A stretch of 64,000 bases of DNA from Eledone cirrhosa. Lineage: Eukaryota. The notes beneath the pieces were generated by a model. The model was not told the origin of the DNA and did not search any database. It saw nothing but the letters and a program-made list of their open reading frames with translations. Below, piece by piece: positions 13,545-24,700 of the stretch (its first letter is position 1; each line of letters starts with the position of its first letter). The position numbers and the translations under genes were made by a program. The DNA lies in NCBI GenBank assembly GCA_964016885.1, contig OZ024741.1, positions 232,562,001 through 232,626,000 on the forward strand, written 5' to 3'.

Positions 13545-14760
13545 CAAAGGAGCCACGGAGAAGTATAAGACCCTCATAGAACTGGACATGAAAGGAATTT
13601 TCCAATTATGCAAGCGCAAATCATGGAATAGCTTAGATATTACTAAAGATAAGATAGGGAAAGCCACCTCATGGTACGACAACCAGTGATACCAGAATTT
13701 CATGTTCGTGGACGCTACCCCTGGAGGGAAATTAGCTAACCAATGTCGAAAGGCCCTGAGAAAGAACCACTTAAAGATTAAACTGGTAGAAAAGCCAGGA
13801 ACTACTATGAAATCCCTGATCAGCAAAACATACCCTTTTAAGAAAACTTACAGTACTAATAGGAAATGTGTTATATGTAAAGTAAACCTCCAGATAAACT
13901 GTAAAACTAGAAATATAGTCTATAACATAAGGTGTACAGAGGGTACTTGCAGAAATATGACAACATACATAGGTGAGACAGCTCAAAGCATAGGAGAAAG
14001 AATAGCCCAACACTGAGGGGAATTAAAAGGACAAAAAAAAAAACGGTTCTATACGAACACGCCATACAACAACATGACGGTAACATAGACAACATAGAAA
14101 TTAAAATAATATCTAAACATAGAAATGACAACAAATAGGCAAATCAGATAAGCAAGCGAAATAGTGCTTAGAAAGCCAAAGCTAAACAGAAAAAATGAAT
14201 GGAATAACAACACCCAAACAAACAATACTGACTTAAGAGAAATATAAATAAATAAATAAATATATATATATATATATATATACACACAAGCACAATAACA
14301 ACAAACACATATAAACACACACTAATAAACTAATATAAAATACAATAACCAAAACACAGTCACCCAAACGCGAACACAGACACCAAACACATGCGCTGAG
14401 ACGAAGACAAACATAAATATATAAATAAACAGATGAAATAAAAACAGCGTAGATATACAATACAACAGGAGGAAACATAATAGTACCACTGATGATGTTG
14501 CAGATGTGCAACGAAAGAACTTTGTTAGACTATATATATGTATTAATATCTGTACTTTTGACCGTTGGTCAATCAATGATAAGCATTCATGGCCGAATGA
14601 ATTAACTATGGAGATGTAAAGATACAGAAGCGAAAACCAACCAAACAGTGAGTGTGTTCCGTTATTATTTCTGGCAATATTGTTACAACTATATGACCCT
14701 CCCCAAGTATAACATTATTTGTTGTTTCGACACACGATTTCATATAAAAAACCTTGCAAA
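13545..14760 (+). mobile_element. Penelope-like element family B, 3' fragment (GIY-YIG region + pLTR)
   Basis: KCVICKVNLQINCKTRNIVYNIRC...YIGETAQSIGERIAQH is a GIY-YIG block. Homologous to 38170-39430 and 54718-57763. Ends at (TA)n. Confidence 0.85.
14484..14528 (+). ncRNA. Hammerhead-like motif, PLE family B (other copies 38371-38415 -, 54950-54994 -, 57531-57575 +)
   Basis: CTGATGA t gttgca-gatg-tgcaac GAAA gaac TT. The core and stem II are intact, with an extra base after A9. Stem I is weak. Confidence 0.5.
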
Positions 14761-14762
14761 AC

Positions 14763-14816
<54 letters not shown>

Positions 14817-14851
14817 TATATATATATAATTTACACATATCTATTTTTCAG

Positions 14852-14986
14852 TATGTAAACCCGGTTCTTTTTGCTGGAAGTGTTTAACGATTTGTAACTG
14901 TGCTGATAATGTTCCATGTGATATCGAATCTGGGAATTGTGCAAATGGCTGCCCGACAATATATACAGGAGACAACTCTCAGTCAG
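14852..14986 (+). CDS. Host-gene exon encoding an EGF-like (MEGF10/SCARF-type) Cys-rich repeat
   Basis: tttttcag acceptor and ag|gtttgt donor, 135 bp, phase 1-1. Translates to CKPGSFCWKCLTICNCADNVPCDIESGNCANGCPTIYTGDNSQS. Confidence 0.7.
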
Positions 14987-15830
14987 GTTTGTAATTGTCT
15001 TTGATTAGTGCTGGGTAAAATATTATTCTGTAAATGCTTACTCGTCACTGTTGCTGTTGATTTTGTTGGTGTTAGAGGAAAACCGTGGTTTCATGACCGG
15101 GGACACAACAGGTCCAGACGGTGATCAACACTATCGGGAAATAGTCAGTCAAATTATGGTATTCAGCTGTCTTCCTCTCGTCTGCTTTACGGGCAAAATT
15201 ACTGGGGTTTGTGGCCACATATTAGTTTTTTCATTTTGGTTTTGACATTGAATTGCTCTTTAGAAAATAAAAAATCTTTGCTTCCAGACTTCGCAGGACC
15301 TGGTGCGATAAATGTTAATAATGTTGTCTTGAAATTGTTGCATTTTCATTGATGCAGTAGGGAAATCAAGAAGAGAAAGATTGTAGCATGTGATTTGAGG
15401 ATATGTGTTTTGAGATCCCAAGTGGTTTCTTCGGTAGCCATTTTATTTGAATTGTTTAGTCAGGAAGTAGAAGGACATTGCCAATGTAACTTTTCAATGC
15501 ATTTGAATGTAGTTGGAGGGGGGAGGAAAATCACAAGTGAAGAGAATAGTCAAAGAGTATTTTAAGCCCGTGACCTCATCTAATGGAACACAATAGCAAT
15601 GTAGAGACATTAACTGAGGTAACACATCAGTTCACACGCTCTAAGTACATAGCTCATTTCAGCATTTACAATTTAGAACTCAAAATGCCGGAAGATATAG
15701 GGTTTTCATCCTACATTGTAACTGTACTGCCAACTCACTCTCTGCACTGTATTTTATTTTGCTTTAGAGAAACACATAACTAATCGTTGTGTACGTTGCA
15801 TTTTTACTTTTTGTGTGTGTATGCATATAT

Positions 15831-15831
<1 letters not shown>

Positions 15832-15911
<80 letters not shown>
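15832..15911. repeat. (CA)n(TA)n compound microsatellite
   Basis: Read directly. Confidence 0.95.
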
Positions 15912-15913
<2 letters not shown>

Positions 15914-17988
15914 AAGTGGAGGAGTCCATCAAGGGCAAAAAGCAGACATCGATTGAATGGCAGGACGGGGATAGTAGATAACACTATCGGGTAGCTAGGA
16001 AAGAAGATAGGCAACAAGTATACCTTGCCTAGAGGGAAGCAGAGGATAGTAAGTTCAAGCATATTCTACAACGGGAGGACCAAAGACGTGAGATATTCAG
16101 GATTGCGAGGTAATGTGCCAAGGAAAACTGTGATATTGTCGGGGAGACGTGTGTCCGTCATGACGATGGTGTACTTGCCTTCACTGATAGTGATAAGAAG
16201 ATAGCTTGGAAGTGTCACTACGAGAGACTACTGTATGTGGAGAATGAATGGAATAAAGATAGTCTGCTCCACATTGATCCAATAGAAGGTCCAGTTGTGA
16301 AAGTTGATGGTAGTGTAGTAAGTAAGGCAATCAAAAATATGAAGACAGGCAAGGCAGCTGGGCCTTCAGAGATAGTTGCTGAAATGTTGAAGGTATCTGG
16401 TATGGTGGGACATACTATGGTCACCCGGATAGTAAACCAAGCAATACAGAATGGGGTCATACCAAATGACTGGCGTAGCAGCAGCATCAACTGTTACAAG
16501 GGCAAAGGGGACGTCTTGAATAGAGGAAACTATAGGGGTATTAAATTAGTTAACCAAATCATGAAAGTCACAGAAAGAGTTATTAATCTTATTAGAGACC
16601 AAATTGATCTAGATGAAATACAGTTTGGGTTTGTGCCAGGTAAAAGTACCACGGATGCTCTTTTCCTTGTACGGCAATTGCAGAAGTACCTGGCTAACAG
16701 TAAACCACTCTGCTTAGCATTTGTTGACCTGGAGAAGGCCTTTAAGACTAAGGTTCTACTATGCAAAAAGGAAAATAGGGCACAGGTACCCTCTGGGAAA
16801 TAGCCATGCTCAGTGTGTAAGAAAGGAGTAGGCAGAAACTCCATCGTATGTCCAAAATGCAATCTATGAGTACATGAAAGATGTAATGGGATCAGAGGTA
16901 AGCTATCTAAGAATGTAGATTTTATATGTGGCCGATGTTCAGGTGCAGTAAGTAGCAAGGACCCACTGGATTATATCTTCTTCAACTGCCTAGATGGTTT
17001 TATAGAAATAGGATACACATTCCGTTACCTGTGTGAAAAAATCAGTAGTGGAGGAAGGTGCTCTGAAAGTGTAATAGCCAGAGTTAACGTGATGGAAAAA
17101 GTTCAGAGAGCTAACACTGCTGTTGGCCACGAGGGGGTTGTCTCTAAAAATGAAAGGCAGATTGTATCATGCATGTATACAAACGGTGATATTACATGGT
17201 AGTGAGACTTGGGCATTATTTGCTGAAGACCTGCGTAGATTAGAAAGAAATGAAGCATGCATGCTCCGGTGGATATGTAATAGTAATGTGCGCAAAAGGC
17301 GAAGCATAGACGAACTAAGAGGGAGACTAAGCATAAGAGGTCTCAAATGTTGTGTTCTGGAGAGGAGATTGCGTTGATATGGACATGTGATGCGTATGAA
17401 GGACGACAGCTTTATAAGAAAGTGCAGGGCAATGAAAATTATGGAAGCTGCGGAGTGGGTAGACCAAGAAAAACCTGGGACGAGGTGATAAAAACCGACC
17501 TTGCCCACTTTCACCTCTCTAAGATAATTGTTTCTACTTTAGGCACAAGGCCAGCAATCACCCAGTGCATTACTGGTACTTTATTTTATCGACCCCTCTA
17601 AGATAATGACACTGAATCGAGACCTTTGGCGCCATGCAGTTGTACAGAAAACCCGGCTGCCATTGCATACAAACCTACAGTCAGGAGGCACCTATTAACT
17701 CAATGTACACCCCACCGTCACACCCTACCCCATCCCCCTCTCCCGTTCCGTCCACCATGTCGATGACACAACGGTCCACACTGTAAAGTGGTCGTGTAGA
17801 AGACATGATGAAAATGCTCCCACTCCACACTGTAAATGTGGTTCGTGTTAGGAAGGGCATCCAGATGTAAAAGAAACCTGCCAGAGTTACTTCCCTGCGA
17901 GTGAGACATAGCCTCCCGACCATTCCCGCATCAAATGGAACAAAACCATCTAACCCATGCTAGCGTGGGAGATGGACGTTAAACGATG

Positions 17989-17990
<2 letters not shown>
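15912..17990 (+). mobile_element. RTE-clade LINE, 5'-truncated and internally deleted
   Basis: MKTGKAAGPSEI, GNYRGIKL, QFGFVPGKSTTDA and AFVDLEKAF, then a jump to KTKVL (YADD region absent), LHGSETW and GRPRKTW. The 3' UTR ends ggacgttaaacgatgat. Confidence 0.85.
17529..17595 (-). mobile_element. SINE 3' fragment with 12-bp TSD inside the RTE
   Basis: Flanked by ctctaagataat at 17517-17528 and 17596-17607. Confidence 0.8.
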
Positions 17991-18054
<64 letters not shown>

Positions 18055-18058
<4 letters not shown>

Positions 18059-18344
18059 AGGAATTCCAACTTTGTCTGATTTACTCGTTTTATTTACAAT
18101 CCTTTAAAATGTATAATGGTATTATAAAGAAATAGTATGATAGAATATTAAATATTAAGTGTTAATTGAACAAGTACTTTCATGCTTTCGCAATCTTCAG
18201 GTTCATAATGTCTGGTGACAGTCACTTGTTCAATTAACACTTAACATTTAATATTCTATCATACTATTTCATTATAATACCATTATGAATTTTAAAGGAT
18301 TGTAAATAAAACGAGTAAATCAGACAAAGTTGGAATTCCTCTTA
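18055..18344. mobile_element. Fold-back mini-element (about 120-bp inverted arms) in (TA)n carrying a hammerhead
   Basis: taagaggaattccaactttgtctg...cagacaaagttggaattcctctta, with (TA)n on both sides. Confidence 0.85.
18167..18205 (-). ncRNA. Minimal type-I hammerhead ribozyme
   Basis: Minus strand reads tgaac CTGAAGA ttgc-gaaa-gcat GAAA gtac TT gttca. Stem I is a perfect 5 bp and stem III is palindromic (GUAC). Confidence 0.7.
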
Positions 18345-18383
<39 letters not shown>

Positions 18384-18385
<2 letters not shown>

Positions 18386-18504
18386 GATCTGAGTTCAAAT
18401 CCCGCCGAGGTTGACTTTGCCTTTCATCCTTACAGGGTCGATAAAATAAAGTACCAGTAATACACTGGGTAATTGCTGGCCTTGTGCCTAAAGTAGAAAC
18501 AATT
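18384..18504 (+). mobile_element. SINE (same family as 8845)
   Basis: Near-identical to 8872-8992. Confidence 0.8.
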
Positions 18505-18644
18505 AATATAATCTTCTATACACAATCATACACACCCGTGTATATTTATCTATCTATCTATTTTACACGTTTTTATTGTATGTAAACTTCCCCCTTTGTA
18601 TTTGTCCCCTTCTTTTGTGCCCCTGTGGCTAATAAAGAAATATA

Positions 18645-18724
<80 letters not shown>

Positions 18725-19104
18725 TGCGTGTGTATGTGTGTGTGTGTGTGTGTATGTATATAATCAGCTAGAGTATGGTGAATAAACGGGTGGACCATAA
18801 GCCACCAGAGTACTCGATTGAGTGGGTAATATGGAAAGATTCAGCACTCCGACGGCTGACATTCGGCCGTTTCGACAGCTAGATCCGAACTCTGAGGCGA
18901 GGGAGAACATTAATCATGGAAGTACCCAATGCGTGGTGGGAGGCAGACGTTATCTAGAGATAGGTAAAAACCCGACAGCGTCGCCAAACGGTTTCGGCTT
19001 CTGTCACGTATTCATCTATTCCATTGTTATATGCAGAAAACTGCATCACAAGTCGAAACCGCTTGGCGGCTCAGTTGGCATTTCAACTCTCTCTCTATCT
19101 CTAT

Positions 19105-19185
<81 letters not shown>

Positions 19186-19187
<2 letters not shown>

Positions 19188-19520
19188 GAAGGAGAGTCAG
19201 GGTGGAGAGAGAGGCACTGCACCCCAGTAAATTTACTGAAAGGTGGGAGAATGAAGCGAAAATGGCCCGAGTGATTGGGGCTTCTCTGTTTATAAGCCTG
19301 TAGGTTGAAGAAGAGAGCAAAAGGAAGAAAGGAGCACTTGCACAACACGCTTCTGGAGTTGAGGGTTGTTCTATCGACGGGGTATTAAACAACCCATTTG
19401 TGGCGCCTCCCCCCTATTGGGGATTTCGATTGTTGTAATTGTTTGTTTTTATATTTTTTACACGACTGTATGTAAAATCCCCGGCATGTCTTTGTATTGT
19501 ACCCCTTTTCTTGTGCGCCC
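19186..19520 (+). mobile_element. Tx1-like LINE 3' end between (CTAT)n and (CT)n tracts
   Basis: VEREALHPSKFTERWENEAKMAR, the cccctattgggg hairpin and aataaa. A shorter 3' UTR piece lies at about 18560-18640. Confidence 0.7.
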
Positions 19521-19535
19521 TTGTGGCTAATAAAG

Positions 19536-19578
<43 letters not shown>

Positions 19579-19999
19579 TCTCTTATGTATATATGTATAT
19601 ACATATATATATGTATCAATGATATTATTAAATGGAAACTATATTTATAAAACCATATTTATTCTATTATATATATTTCAAGGGTACCAAAACTTTGGTA
19701 CGCCCTCATCAGATAAAATACAATTTTTTTTTCTAAATAGTGACAAACAAAGGAATCAGACCTTAACGGTTCAGGTTCCGTTTATATATGCACTTATATA
19801 ACTATTTGTGTTTGTGTGTATACATGCCAGTACCTATGTATGTACCAATCCATGTATAATTGCCTGAAAATGTGCGAATGTGAGAGAGGTAACAAAACGT
19901 CATAATGAAAAATACTGAGACAGTGATTTGAAAGTGTGCTCTCATTTCTCATTTTACTAATTTACTTTAAAATTTATTCAAAATTTATATATTTTACAG

Positions 20000-20090
20000 T
20001 TTCAATTCTGTTCTATATTTTGCTTGGAAGCGCTCTACTACTGCTACTGATTTTGCTGCTGTTAATTTGTTGTTGTGTTATGTTGTTTCG
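20000..20090 (+). CDS. Host-gene transmembrane exon
   Basis: ttttacag acceptor and cg|gtaagc donor. In phase 1 it reads VSILFYILLGSALLLLLILLLLICCCVMLFR. The phase matches the EGF exon. Confidence 0.7.
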
Positions 20091-21048
20091 GTAAGCGTTT
20101 CTTTAAAATATTTCAATTCATGAATTATGAAATATAATCAAGGCGTATTCATTTCAGTATTATATAGAATATAAGTTTCGCATTCTTTTCTACTTCATGA
20201 CATGTTGTGCAAATGTGCCTTAGTATGCATTGTAAAGGCGCGCAAGACACTTTATTTTATATTGCTCCTTCTCTTCCAGGAGTTACGTCCAATAGATAGT
20301 AGCAATGGGAAGGCGAATGGAAACATTGTTTCTTTGGTGCCATTTAATGAGCTCCACCACGGTTGGTAATCGAATAGATTCTGGGATCTTGTAGATTGGT
20401 TCCTCTCCCTATATAGTTAAAATGTATTTATCACCCAGTTGCATACAGCTATGGCATGGCACATTTAACGATAAAAGTTTAAGTTGAACATAATTACGAT
20501 ATTTAGAATATATTTTAATATATATTCGGAAAGAATTTCATATACCGGAAATTAAAACTCATCCATTTCTTCGTTACGTACGGAATACTTATGATAATAC
20601 AATTTGGATTATTATCAATCATAGGTTCCTTTACATAAATAGCTCCAGAAGATTTCTTCGTTTCTCAGAGAAAGTTGACAGAAAATAACGTAGTATGGAA
20701 TTTGAATTGATGAATTAAATATTATTGAGGAATTTCCTAATACCACCTTGCTAAACCGTTTATATGAACTATGGTATTATACTGAACATATTACATTCAG
20801 TCATTTTTACCCATATGCTATGGAGCATGTTTTTGCATGTTAATGGATGACTCTAAACAGGATTCTGCATATAACTATGTAATATAAAAATACAAGACAT
20901 TCGAACAATTACTTTAGCAACAATGTAATTTTCGTTCGCTAAATTGTTTCCATGTGTGTAGGATATTATTCGTTATATATTGTTACACCCCATACTTTCT
21001 TCAATTTGTCGAATACCACTCAATGATATTATATATATATATAATATT

Positions 21049-21360
21049 AGAATAAAGGAACAAAAAATTAGTGTTATATCATAACATATTACATATGTTT
21101 CACTGTCGATCAGCTCGAGGGACGAACTATTATTGATCGAACCTGACACTGGAATCAAGAGTCAGGTTCGATCATTATTAGATCATCCCTCGAGCTGATC
21201 GACAGTGAAACATACGTAATATGTTATTAAATATGATATGATGCAACACTGATTTTTGCTCCTTTATTCAAATACTATTCATACTCTGCCCGGCAAGAGC
21301 ACCGAGTGCTCACCCGCCATACCGCCTACGGACGCAATTAACTTGCACCTCTAGACTTTT
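21049..21360. mobile_element. Fold-back mini-element (about 100-bp arms plus about 90-bp one-sided tail) in (TA)n
   Basis: gtttcactgtcgatcagctcgaggga...tccctcgagctgatcgacagtgaaac, with inner stem gatcgaacctgac/gtcaggttcgatc. Confidence 0.75.
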
Positions 21361-21379
21361 ATATATATATATATATATT

Positions 21380-21662
21380 ATTAGAAATTATAAGCTTTCA
21401 CCGTATTTTAGACTAAAGAAATTTCTAGCCTGATAGTGGGGTTTATAACCCTTGGAGAAATGGAAAAAGATGAGTGTTGCCGTACATGGGTGCAAACATG
21501 TACGGCAACACTCATCTTTTTCCATTTCTCCGAGGGTTATAAACCCCACTATCGGGCTAGAAATTTCTTTAGTCTAAAATACGGTGAAAGCTTATAATTT
21601 CTAATTTCAAACTCGCGCACCGTTTCAAAAACATACTTACATGTTTACATTTATAATTTGTT

Positions 21663-21664
<2 letters not shown>
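21380..21664. mobile_element. Fold-back mini-element (about 108-bp near-perfect arms, 8-nt loop, about 60-bp tail) in (TA)n
   Basis: attagaaattataagctttcaccg...gttgccgtacatg ggtgcaaa catgtacggcaac...cggtgaaagcttataatttctaat. Confidence 0.85.
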
Positions 21665-21716
<52 letters not shown>

Positions 21717-21777
21717 TGTGTCTTTGTCACTGTGATCTTTAATGCAAAATAATGGTTTCAAATTTCTTTTCTTTAGG

Positions 21778-24700
21778 ATAAGACGTAAGAAATCTGAGGC
21801 AACCAAGAAGGAAAAGACTGAAAAGATTAAAGATAAAACTGCGAAGGAAGGAAAAACTGGATGGATAAAAGATAAACATGTGAAGGAAGAAAAAAACTGG
21901 ACGGATTAGGAATAGACATGCCTCAGAAGACGAAATTGGCATCTTTAAAGAAAAAAAATGAAAAAACCAAACGAAAATCAGAAAGAGCACTGACACCTAA
22001 AAACCCACAGAAAACTGGGAGTAGAAAAACACATAAAAATTGACCTAGATATAACGATAATTATTAGGTTGCACAAATACCGGAGAAAACTAAAATAAAC
22101 ATAGACAGAAAGGTAGCTGATGATATAGGGAAACACACGAAAACGCAAAAGCCCAAGGGTATGTCTGAAAGGAGTATATCAGTTCCAAATAGACATTTAC
22201 GTAAGGATAAACAGACACCCAAGGAGACAGAAATAACCAGGAGTAGCCCAGTATCTAAGGATGTACAGGTACCCAAAAGGAGTAAATCACCTCGGAGTAG
22301 TCAAGTACCTGAAGATAAACAGTCACCCGAGATTACGGAAATACCTAGGAGTAGACAAGTATCTGACGATGTAAAGTTATATGAATTTATTAGATCATCT
22401 CTAACACATCATTTACCTAAGAATATCCGGATAATCGAGCACCCAGAAATACCTGGGAGTAGCCCTGAATCACCTCGGAGTAGTCAAGTACCTGAAGATA
22501 AACAGACACCCATGGAGACAGAAATACCTAGGAGTAGCCCAGTATCTCAGAATCTACAGGTACCCGAATGGAGTAAATCACCTCGAATTAGACAATTACC
22601 TGAAGATAAACAGACACCCAAGGAGACAGAAATACCTAGGAGTAGCCCAGTATCTCAGAATCTACAGGTACCCGAATGGAGTAAATCACCTCGAATTAGA
22701 CAATTACCTGAAGATAAACAGACACCCAAGGAGACAGAAATACCTAGGAGTAGCCCAATATCTCAGAATCTACAGGTACCCGAATGGAGTAAATCACCTC
22801 GAAGTACACAATTACCTGAAGATGAACAGACACCCAAGGATACAGAAATACCTTGCAGTTGCCCAGTATCTGACAATCTACAGGTACCTGAAACGAATAT
22901 ATTACCTGAAAGTAGACCAGTACCTAGGGGTAAACAGTCACCCGAGATTATGGAAAAAGCTACGAGTTGCCCAGTATCTGAGGATGTACAGGTACCTGAA
23001 ATGAGTATATCACCTCGAAATAGTCAATTACCCGAGGATAAACAGTCACCCAAGGAGACAAAAATACCTAGTAGTAGCGCAATATCTGGGGATGTACAGG
23101 TACACGAAAGGAGTAAATCACCTCGAAGTAGACAATTACCTTTGGATAAACATACACCTGGGGAGACAGAAATACCTAGGAGTAGCATAGTATCTGAGGA
23201 TGTACAGGTACCTGAATGGCTTAAATTAGCTCTAAAGAAACGAATCCATGAGCTTATAAAGAGAGACGAGGAGACAGAAATAACTAGGACTAGCCTAGTA
23301 TCTGAGGATGTACAGGTACCTGAAAGTAGTAAATCACCTCGGAGTAGACAATTATCCGAGGATAAACAGACAGATAAAGAGACAGAAATACCTAGGAGTA
23401 GCCCAGTATCTGAGAATGTACAGGTACCTGAAAGGAGTAAATCACCTCGAAGTAGACAATTATCCGAGGATAAACAGACAGATAAAGTGACAGAAATACC
23501 TAGGAGTAGACGAGTATCTGAGAATGTACAGGTACCTGAATGGCTTAAATTAGCTCTAAAGAAACGAATCCCTGAGCGTAAACAGACACGCAAGGAGACA
23601 GAAACACCTAGGAGTAGCCGAGTATCTGAGGATGTAGAGGTACCTGAAAGGAGTAAATCACCTCCAAGTAGACAATTATCCGAGGATAAACAGACAGATA
23701 AAGAGACAGAAATACCTAGGAGTAGCCGAGTATCTGAGGATGTAGAGGTACCTGAATGGCTTAAATCAGCTCTAAAGAAACGAATCCCTGAGCGTAAACA
23801 GACACCCAAAGACACAGAAATACCTAGGAGTAGACGAGTATCTGAGAATGTACAGGTACCTGAATGGCTTAAATTAGCTCTAAAGAAACGAATCCCTGAG
23901 CGTAAACAGACACGCAAGGAGACAGAAACACCTAGGAGTAGCCGAGTATCTGAGGATGTAGAGGTACCTGAAAGTAGTAAATCACCTCCAAGTAGACAAT
24001 TATCCGAGGATAAACAGACAGATAAAGAGACAGAAATACCTAGGAGTAGCCCAGTATCTGAGGATGTAGAGGTACCTGAAAGTAGTAAATCACCTCGGAG
24101 TAGACAATTACCCGAGGATAAACAGACACGCGAGGAGAGAGAAATACCTAGGAGTAGCCCAGTATCTGAGGATGTAGAGGTACCTGAATGGCTTAAATTA
24201 GCTCTAAAGAAACGAATACCTGAGCGTAAACAGACACCCAAAGAGACAGAAATACCTAGGAGTAGCCGAGTATCTGAGGATGTACAGGTACCTGAAAGGA
24301 GTAAATCACCTCGAAGTAGACAATTACCCGAGGATAAACAGACAGATAAAGAGACAGAAATACCTAGGAGTAGCCCAGTATCTGAGGATGTAGAGGTACC
24401 TGAATGGCTTAAATTAGCTCTAAAGAAACGAATACCTGAGCGTAAACAGACACGCGAGGAGACAGAAATACCTAGGACTAGCCCAGTATCTGAGGATGTA
24501 CAGGTACCTGAAAGTAGTAAATCACCTCGGAGTAGACAATTACCCGAGGATAAACCGACACGCGAGGAGACAGAAATACCTAAGAGTAGCCCAGTATCTG
24601 AGGATGTAGAGGTACCTGAAAGTAGTAAATCATCTCTAAAGAAACGAATACCTGAGCGTAAACAGACACCCGAGGAGACAGAAATACCTAGGACTAGCCC

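Noticed and set aside
20280-20361. Possible exon after ctcttccag
   Set aside because: In the phase set by the TM exon it stops after RSYVQ. It could be a short alternative terminal exon but is unsupported.
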